Shown in pieces: positions 55,503 to 64,000 of a DNA stretch of 64,000 nt. The translations under genes were made by a program, and so were the position numbers. Below the pieces are notes generated by a model, which was given only the letters and a program-made list of their open reading frames with translations, did no database searches and had not been told where the DNA came from. This DNA comes from Tubiluchus corallicola (taxonomy: Eukaryota; Animalia; Priapulida). Position 1 is the stretch's first letter, and every line of letters starts with the position of its first letter. The stretch covers positions 81,924-145,923 of the forward strand of contig JAQGDQ010000545.1 of NCBI GenBank assembly GCA_030141605.1, written 5' to 3'.

Positions 55503-55746
55503 TAGCATATATGAATAATTATAAACAGATAAATAATATATTATCAATTTGCATTTAGAGAGGAAAGAAATTTAATGACATTAATTTAATGGGTGAGTTA
55601 ACGTTACCTTTTAACAGTATTTCCAAAATTTTTGTAAAATATACAAAAACAGCGCAAGAGAAAATAATAGTAAAGAAGTGCAAATGCAATATATGAAAAT
55701 TCGAAAGCAAGCTAAAAATGTACTTATATCTGTAAAATACATTACC

Positions 55747-55898
55747 TAAATGACTTATAATACTAGTGAGGTTATACACGGCTTGAACAAGTTGATCAGA
55801 GAAGAACAGCAAATTATTCTGCCAACAGTCGTCATTCAAACCCGTAACACGGCACACTTTTCTAAAAAGCATCGGAATAAAATTATTAACTGTGTACC
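55747..55898 (-). CDS. Orphan membrane protein, ectodomain exon
   Basis: gatttctcaag acceptor and TTAG|gtaatg donor. YTVNNFIPMLFRKVCRVTGLNDDCWQNNLLFFSDQLVQAVYNLTSIISHL; its phase 1 end matches the next exon. Confidence 0.62.
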
Positions 55899-57402
55899 CT
55901 TGAGAAATCAAAATAAGTCAGTTAAACACGATGTAATACAGTAAGCCTTTTCGCAGTTTCATTGTGTGTATGCGCAGTTGCTGCAGGTTAAAGATTAAGT
56001 GTACCACAGCAATGCGTCTTAACTACAACCATCATGTGAAGTGTGTGCGTGTGTGTGTGTGTAAAGCAAAGCCGTTTGCTGAATCAGTTTAGTAACTTCA
56101 GTTGTTTTATGTGGACTTTACTTAGTCATGCATTAGTCTGGGTGTAGAGTGATTTACTAGCAGGATTTTGCTTGGAAACAAGAAAAAATGAACTAGGCAA
56201 CGTTCTAGATAGCTGTTAAAACAATGTGTGTGGGAGTGTGAATGCATGCACGTGTGCAGTTTGCATGTATGTGTGCATGTGTACAAATAAAGCTAATGTT
56301 CAATATTAGTGTTTAATTACAGACGAATATTTGCTTATTTTAAAGATTCAGTTTTAGTAACACATCACAAGAAGTTATTGTCAAATGTGCAAAGCGCAAT
56401 ACGGCCCAGTTAAAAAGCAACTACGTAGTGAAAGGGTTAATTAATTGCTACATCTGATTAACCTGCCTAAAGTTTATTCTTGTTTATTTTGCTTTACTTA
56501 TCGTTTTGTTATTGATTTTTTGCATTATTTGCTTTGCATGGTCTAATTATTTTGCAGTTTCATTAAGCTGGTCAAAAACTGTTTTGTGACAGCAAAATTA
56601 GATTGCAAGCATATAACTGACATATTTTGCTTTAATTGTTGTTTTGATATTGCTTTTTTTCAATATTTGCTATGCATGGTTTATTTTACAGATTGATTAA
56701 CTGATCAAAAATATTTTGCCATAAATTTATATTCAAGCATGTAATTAACTTTAATGCCGGTCCTGTTTATTTCATTTCGCTTTTGTTTCAAATTATATTG
56801 CTTTTTTATTTGCATTGCATGGTTTAGTTCTTGCTGATTAATGAATTATTGTTCATAATTTAATATTTCATTGCATGAATTGTTATCATAATCATTATCA
56901 CACTATAATCACACTGGGGGCAGTTCTATTTTGTTCTGTTTAAAAGCTCTTTATGTTTTGTTATTGTGCATAATTAGCTTTGCATGATTTATTTGCTTGA
57001 GTAAGTCCATTATTATATTTTGCTTTTATGTTTTTTCCTGTTTGTTTGAAAATCATGAATTACTTTACAGCTCCACCTTGATTTGGTCACTTGAAATTCT
57101 ACTGCTTCATTTTATTTGATTTCATAACAAAGCATGCTTCACTTGTAATCTTAATATCTTCACAGAATAAGGATGGTTTGACTTGATGACTGCTTTTGCT
57201 CTTTCACCATCCTTTTTCCACAATTAAGCAACTTATTATTGTACTAATTTATGATGTTAGGACATAATACTATGGAAATAAACTATATCTGAATCTGTGT
57301 TTCATAACTAGCAGCCATTTAAGTCTACAGCACTGAACACACTGAAGTACTTAATGATTTTAACTTAAAATGACACTTTCTGTTGTTGCATAAATTACCT
57401 AC

Positions 57403-57444
57403 TTCAGTATCATTTTTGTCATTTGAAATAAGTTATCATATCTT
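57403..57444 (-). CDS. Orphan membrane protein, candidate 42-nt exon
   Basis: tttgttag acceptor and AA|gtaggt donor. RYDNLFQMTKMIL is in phase with exon 1, but its 3' phase (2) does not match the next exon (phase 1), so it is tentative. Confidence 0.3.
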
Positions 57445-57726
57445 CTAACAAATGGATTATACTTATTGTATCGTTGGAAAAAACTATCGTATTGTTATCG
57501 TGTCGCCCAATTTGTGTTAACAACCCTAAACAGTTTGTTTATGACTCGGTGTATTTTTTATTATTATACCTATTATTACAGTTCACAGTAACATACATAG
57601 TAAGAATTCAAGCAGAGTTTAGCATTAACAGTTCTTATACGTCGTCTGAAGTAAGTTGTACGTGAACACTAATACCCTAAAACTATGGATCAATCGTGAG
57701 AGAATGGCAAAAGTAAAAATACGTAC

Positions 57727-57848
57727 GAGCAAACGGGTGTGTAAGCGCTACACATTATAACCAGTGATAAAAGCAACAATAAAATGACTAGACTTGAATC
57801 AAAAGGATTAGCGAAAGACTTTCTGCAGATCTCAACTCTAGGAAACAT
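57727..57848 (-). CDS. Orphan type I membrane protein, exon 1 (signal peptide)
   Basis: ATG at 57848 gives MFPRVEICRKSFANPFDSSLVILLLLLSLVIMCSAYTPVCS (hydrophobic core and CSA|Y cleavage-like site), then a TC|gtacgt donor. Confidence 0.6.
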
Positions 57849-58231
57849 TGCTGTTATCAAATTCAGAAGTAATCATACACAAGCATTGATGTCTCGTATG
57901 CTGCTACTACATGTGTTACGTATTTTGCGTAAAATACTTGATTAAAAGGGCAAAAAATGCAAATTATCGTTGTTTCATCACAAACCATGCATCAAACTGC
58001 AGCCGCCATGTTTGTTTACATCTACCAGGCGCAACCTACCAAACCAAACTAAAGAAAATAAAAAATATATAATTAGAAAGAATAGGAAACAACAGACAAT
58101 AGTAATAAAGTAGGAAATCCTGAAAGAGTTTTGCTTGTCACTAACAAAATGTTGAGATATTGTTAATGAATTATAATTGCTTTTTCAATTATTTGTGTCC
58201 GTGGAAGGTCGTCAGCAAAAAGAAACGAGCC
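57849..58231. promoter_or_regulatory. Probable bidirectional promoter between the orphan gene and NFU1
   Basis: Divergent ATGs about 380 bp apart; YY1-type motif GCCGCCATGTTT at 58002-58013. Confidence 0.55.
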
Positions 58232-58278
58232 ATGGCGACGAATGTTTGTAGCCAAGTTTTGCAACGTAAAATGCAAAG
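58232..58278 (+). CDS. NFU1: NFU1 exon 1 (mitochondrial presequence)
   Basis: gagccATGG Kozak context, MATNVCSQVLQRKMQ, AG|gtattt donor; phase 2 matches the next exon. Confidence 0.7.
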
Positions 58279-58399
58279 GTATTTTAGTTTAATTTTATAA
58301 AAATGTTAGGCTATGAGAGAATTGTTACAGCTTACAGGCTGTAGCAAAGAGCTAGTCTATGAAATATCTTTATGTCAGTACTATTTGTGTTGGGCGCCG

Positions 58400-60430
58400 A
58401 GTAACCCACTAGACTGGACTACATTCAGGGGTGATCGTGAGTTCATTACTGCAGTTCAAGATGCGATTCTGACTCAACACATAGACGCGCCAACGCGTGG
58501 ATCAAACATACTTGACTTAGTCCGCTCAACCGATCCACTTCTTATTTTACATGCTGAGGTCCGCGAATGCCTTGGAATGTCAGATCATGCAATCATTACA
58601 CGGTGTACACTTTGCAGCTCAGTGCTTTACTCCAGTGCAAAACCAAAATATAACTACTTTAAAACAGAGCACATGACAATAGCCGGCAAATTCCTTGCAG
58701 TCTTTTGGAGTCACCTGATGGTAGACCTAAATACTGATGGCAACTACTTTTAAACAGGCTTAAATGTTTTATCTCGCAGCATATTCCACACTACACACCT
58801 CAGTCTAAATCCAAGCCACAGTGATTTAACAAGCAGTGTGAATAAGCAATCAAGGAAAGACGTAAAGCCTACATAAAATATACTACAATAGTACAGCAAA
58901 TGATCCTTGTGACCATGAAACATATGCTAGACAACAGCGGCCCACTCAACAAACAATTTGTAATGCAAAAAGACAATTAGAGGACATACCTCATGACTCC
59001 AGATTGTTTTGGAAGTATTTGAATCAATCTCGTGTAAGCAAGCCAGTGGTTGGACCACTTATATACAATAACAGAAGTACTACCACTGATCCTGGTAAAA
59101 TGGCAGATCTCCTCAATGCACAATTCTGCAGCGTATATACCAGGGAAGATTTATCTGTGATGCCAACTATAGAATCTAAGACACTGGAAACACTGGAGGA
59201 TATTAACTTGCACCAACATTTAGTCCACAAAGCTTCTCCAGGACCTGATCAGACACATCCTTTTTTAATAAAGTCTGCCTTTGCATTAACTAAACCATTA
59301 TTGCTACTTTCCAAGAAATCATTTGAAAGTGGAATTGTACTTGATGACTGTCAAGAATAAGTCCAATTCACAAAAAGGGACCAAGAAGTTTACCTGCAAA
59401 TTATAGACCATTGCTATCACTAGTATTATTTGCAAAGTCCTAGAGAGGCTAATAGTAAGCCAAATTATACAGGTCTAGACCTCCAACAGCTAATCAGTTC
59501 ATCACAGTATGGTTTCCTAAAGGACAGATCTGTCACAAGTAACCTTCTGGTATTTTTTTAATTTGTTTTCTCCAAGCTTGAACAAGGAATGCGTGTTGAC
59601 TTAGCTAAAGCCTTCGACAAAATTCCTCATGCCAAACTGATGATCAAACTTTGATCCTATGATATAGCAGGAAAGTTACTTGAGTGGATTGGTAGTGGCT
59701 GACTAATCGTATCCAGTACATAGAGATCCAGAGTGAGGCATCAGTTACATCTTCTCTTCTGTCTGGGGTCCTGCAAAGGAGTGTGCTGGGCTCTTTGAAG
59801 TTCCTATTGTGCATCGATGACATAGACCATGATCTAACTTCCATCATTCTGTTGTTTGCTGATGACACAAAATTGGCACAATCTGTACCTGAAATCTTCA
59901 AATTCAGGAACTTCAGTAGGGCCTTGACAATATCTCTCAATGGTCACACACTTGGCAAATCGAGTTTAATACTCAAGATTCCAAATGCAAAACTCTTCAT
60001 GTTGGTAGAAACAACAGACAGGTTTAGTACACATTCAACAGTGATAGTTGACCCAATGTAGATAAGATGACTGACTTAGGACTATTAACCGATGACGCAC
60101 TGAATTTCCTTAGCCACATTACAAGCAAAGCTAAAAATGCAACCAAATCCTCAGTATGATAGCTAAAACCATTACATCCCGCAATGCAAAAGTCATACTT
60201 CCTCTTTACAAGACATTGGTACGACCACATCTGGAATGTCTTAGCCAAGTATGGAACCCGCACTTTATCAAAGATATGAATCAACTCGAAAGAGTACAAG
60301 AGGGTACAGTCAACATGATTGAAGGACACAACGGCTGACATTACGATCAGAAACTAAGAAACCTGCAACTGTACAGACTCTCTGCAAGAAGGCGTAGAGA
60401 CAGGCTCATAGAACATAATAAGTACTATTT
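58400..60430 (+). mobile_element. Decayed CR1-clade LINE in NFU1 intron 1
   Basis: LTQHIDAPTRGSNILDLV, GMSDH, SPGPD, DLAKAFDKIPH, SGVLQGSVLG, LFADDTKL and LYKTLVRPHLE..QVWNPH motifs; frameshifted. Confidence 0.9.
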
Positions 60431-60794
60431 GATCAAATGATCGGCACAGCATGCTATGTACATGAATTTATAGTAGAACTGAATTGTGATGGCTTATTCG
60501 ATAATGTTCTGTACATTACACCATACATTATCGACAGTAATGGTTTTTCACTTAGTCTTGTGACAAAAAACAATGGCTAACTTTATCAGCAAGTTTTCTC
60601 AAGGTTATGTTTTCAGTGTGTAGCGTGCACCTCAACTTCAATGTGTGTTATCTCAGCTTAGAAATAACATAGAGCGATGAGCTTGGTATGAAAATGATCC
60701 TCATGAAATGGAGATTCAGGATATGTGAATAACTAGAAAAGCTTAATTGCTGACTTATGGACGATTTTGCTATACAGACACACATGTGATAAAT

Positions 60795-61227
60795 GATCAC
60801 TGACTGTAAACTACTTCATAAAAGAAAATGACCAATTAATAATCCAACGCTTGGCAATTGATTCGATATATTCCAAAATGTTTATGCGAATGTGTATATT
60901 GTGTCTGCAGTTTCTAGTCACTTGCCTGAAAAACCCCTGTGTTTATGTGTTACATGGAACAATATTGGCTGTAATGGCATGTAAAATACTTACTGTGAAA
61001 TTAAGTTATAAGGATCACCGACTGTAAACTACTTTTTAAAAGAAAATGACCAATTAATAATCCGACACCTGGCAATTGATTCGATACTTTGCAAAATGTT
61101 TATGCGAATATATATTGTGTCTGCAGTTTCTAGTCACTTGCCTGAAAACCCCTATGTTTATGTGCTACACGGAACAATATTGGCAGTAATGGCATGTAAA
61201 ATACTTACTGTGAAATTGTGTTATAAG
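60795..61227. repeat. ~218-bp diverged tandem duplication
   Basis: gatcac.gactgtaaactac...gtgaaatt..gttataag occurs twice with scattered substitutions. Confidence 0.9.
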
Positions 61228-61357
61228 CTTTTTTTGAGCTATGTTAGTGGTCTGGTCGAGTGTCGTTATTCTAGCTCAGTGTCTTGGATTCGAGTCTACT
61301 GCCTTCTTTTGCAATACATTCTGGTAGATAAACTTTTCTGAATGCTTTACATTACAG

Positions 61358-61527
61358 GTTGCTCTGCCGATCACTACTACAACGCACTTTGTCTACCAGA
61401 TGCTCAAAATTCACTAGCTGTGAGCCTTTTCAAATGGCACATCTATCTAGTCTGGCACACAGAAGATGTCTTTTAAGTCCCCAAACTTCGCTTACTCGGA
61501 TTTTGACCTTGAGCTTTGCTCAACAAA
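61358..61527 (+). CDS. NFU1: NFU1 exon 2 (mitochondrial presequence)
   Basis: attacag acceptor and A|gtgagt donor. R/S/L/T-rich, acid-poor LLCRSLLQRTLSTRCSKF...SFAQQ; phases link exons 1 and 3. Confidence 0.75.
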
Positions 61528-62220
61528 GTGAGTTACAAACACTTGGGTACCGTATAACATTACTTCTAAGTCATTTTATGTATATGATCTTTTATATACT
61601 CTGCAAGCCATGATACAGCGGCCAACTTAAGGTAGATATAGTCGTGGCTGGATTGGAAACTAGCTCTGGGATGGAGCCTTGGAATGTTATCAAAGAGCCT
61701 AAGCCGTGCTCAGATCATGCATGCCTGCTGTTAGAAGGAAGATTCGTTGGGGTAAGTATGGCAGATATTAACCTGTCCAGAAACAATTTTCTGGTGGCCG
61801 TCATCCATATACCAAGGAGGCTTAGTATTGCCAAATTTAATTGTGTAATGTAACATGCAGCATCTCTTCAATTACAACAATACATCAGGTTTCATTAAAT
61901 GACATGAGTTGCAAAATTTTATATATTATATATACTGAATATTGCAAAAAGCTAATTTTATTTCCAAAATCTATTATTCATTTTTTTAGCTTACAACTTA
62001 TATATTGCTAATGATGACGGTTTTTTTATTTACCAGCATGTCAAAACAACTTTTTCCTGAATGAATTGTACCTTCAATTTACACTGTGCTGGTATAATTT
62101 CAAGCATTTCAACCGTTTGTTCGATCGACCTTCTAACTGAGAACTTCGAAATTAATCATAGCTGATTTATATGTTGTCATTGATAAAGAAATTGCTGATT
62201 TGAATATTTTATCATTTTAG

Positions 62221-62356
62221 GTCAGTCGATGTTTATTCAAACTCAGGAAACTCCCAATCCCAACAGCATAAAGTTTTATCCCGGCTGTGAAGTGCTTGAA
62301 CAGGGAACTATTGATTTTCCGAACGCTACAGCTGCCCACAGTTCATTTTTAGCAAG
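62221..62356 (+). CDS. NFU1: NFU1 iron-sulfur cluster scaffold, exon 3 (Nfu_N domain)
   Basis: cattttag acceptor and AAG|gtaaac donor. [43 protein letters not shown], the diagnostic NFU1 MFIQTQ.TPNPNS.KF.PG motif. Confidence 0.96.
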
Positions 62357-63841
62357 GTAAACACATTCAGTTGTTATCCTAAAATGTCTTCATAGCTGAC
62401 GTACATGGATACGCTAAAGCACAAGCATATTTTATATGGATATTTTAACTCGCTACTAAAGTTATGAACTTCAGTGGCATAGTACTTGTGAAACGGTTTC
62501 TAGCCTAGTTCCTCTTGCAAATCAGTCTTACAGACTTGAGAAAGTGAGACGGTGTGGAGCTTTTCTAACCTCATTTGTGTCACTATGACTATGTGAACAT
62601 GCCCTAAATGTTTTAGTTTCACACCGATTTTCACCAATGTGAACAGATGCAAAAGTTGTGGAACAAGTAAGAACAGCATTCCCTTATGGAGTTATTGATG
62701 CTTAAATATGTCATGCAGAAGTTGTAGAAGCCTTTAAAAATGGAGATTGTTCGAGCCCATAGTCTTTGTCTCCTAGCTGATAAATGTGTAACTGATAGAC
62801 AGAGAATACTGCCTAGTAAGAATATTTAATAGCTGTTGAACACTAGATTGCAATGACCGCAGGATACTGAGATTTCAATGCAAAATCGTATCCACTAGTG
62901 GGCGGATGGTGTCATTGCAAGAGTTAGATGTGCATTGGTGGTGCGCGGAGTTCTATCTCCTATCCCAATGCATGTCTGTATTCAGATCAATCTATGTAGT
63001 CTATACGTCTTCAACATTGTTAAGCAATCTTCATATTTTCCGAACTCTGTTAACTTCTGGTTGCAGCAGACCAAGAATTTTGTAGCAAAACTTCTACTAA
63101 GCACTCCATGTGCTTGTTATTTTTCCAAACATTGAATTTCCAATTAATACAGGCTGGACTCAAAAAAACTAAACTATTTTTTAAAACAGGGTCGTAGAGC
63201 CAAGAATTGGTGCCCAGTTTAACATTTAAGTTAGAAACATTTTAGCACTTGCCTGCTAATTTTTGCTAAGAAAGTCTTAAAAGCAAATATTTTATGCTTC
63301 AAACATTTGTCATGAAGCCAATAAAAATAAAAAAACAAATTATCTGCATTATTGTGTGTCTGCATTGCATTGATTTTCGTATGATTATATTGACAATAAA
63401 GCTATCGTTGGCTGAAAAAAGTAATTGAAATGTCAAAAACATATCGAACAGTTTTTTTAAAGTAAGTAAAAACAAATCTCTAAGAATAAATTATAGTTTT
63501 TTTGTTTCTTTAGAAAATTTGAATTTTTTTATTTAAACTAAATTAAAATCCCCAAATTTTGCATTTTTTATTTAAAACTTAGTATCATTCATAATACATG
63601 CTGATATAATGCATCTGTTTTTAAGGTAAAAACTTTTACTTGGATACAAAGAGAAATAAATATTTATGAAATGAATTTTGTAAAAGGGCTCCCTTTTTGC
63701 CCACCTGATATAATTGCCAGGGATGTTAGTAAAAGCATTAGCTGTATAACAGTTCTAACATTACTCTAGGATATGTCATAGTTTTAACTATGTATTGTGC
63801 ATTTCTTGTATGTATTTTTTCATTTCTACTTGTAATTTTAG

Positions 63842-63908
63842 GCAGCTGTTTAAAATAGATGGCGTCAAGTCGGTGTTTTTTGGCCAGGACTTCATTACCG
63901 TCACAAGG
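63842..63908 (+). CDS. NFU1: NFU1 exon 4; gene continues beyond the window
   Basis: attttag acceptor and AGG|gtatgt donor. QLFKIDGVKSVFFGQDFITVTR. Confidence 0.96.
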
Positions 63909-64000
63909 GTATGTATGTAAGGGCTACACTCAACTTTTCTTATATTTTTACTTTACATGATCCAGTCTTTCCCTCGGGTTTCTTATCTGTGGAATTCTCT

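Noticed and set aside
51676-55898. OSTM1 identity for the orphan membrane protein
   Set aside because: Topology is similar, but the OSTM1 Cys pattern and motifs (ARP..LC..C, LC.D..DAMN.TR..WS) are absent.

Overview
AT-rich animal (invertebrate-like) nuclear DNA with spliceosomal GT-AG introns; nothing prokaryotic. Three genes can be built by hand from splice sites and phases. (1) A + strand Cys-loop ligand-gated channel subunit of the GABA-A/GRD-like group, eight phase-consistent exons over 335-39583, with its signal-peptide exon upstream of the window. (2) A - strand orphan type I membrane protein (51676-57848) with a signal peptide, helical Cys-containing ectodomain, one TM and short tail. 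By eye it resembles short-chain four-helix membrane cytokines such as KIT ligand; this is speculative and its exon chain has one unresolved junction. (3) The first four exons of NFU1 on the + strand (58232 to window end), head-to-head with gene 2. Introns and intergenic DNA carry two decayed LINEs, LINE 3' remnants, several MITE families (Kolobok-, piggyBac-, Tc1/mariner- and Harbinger-like), tRNA- and 5S-like SINE remnants, minisatellites, tandem duplications and microsatellites. Most ORFs in the supplied track are repeat artefacts.
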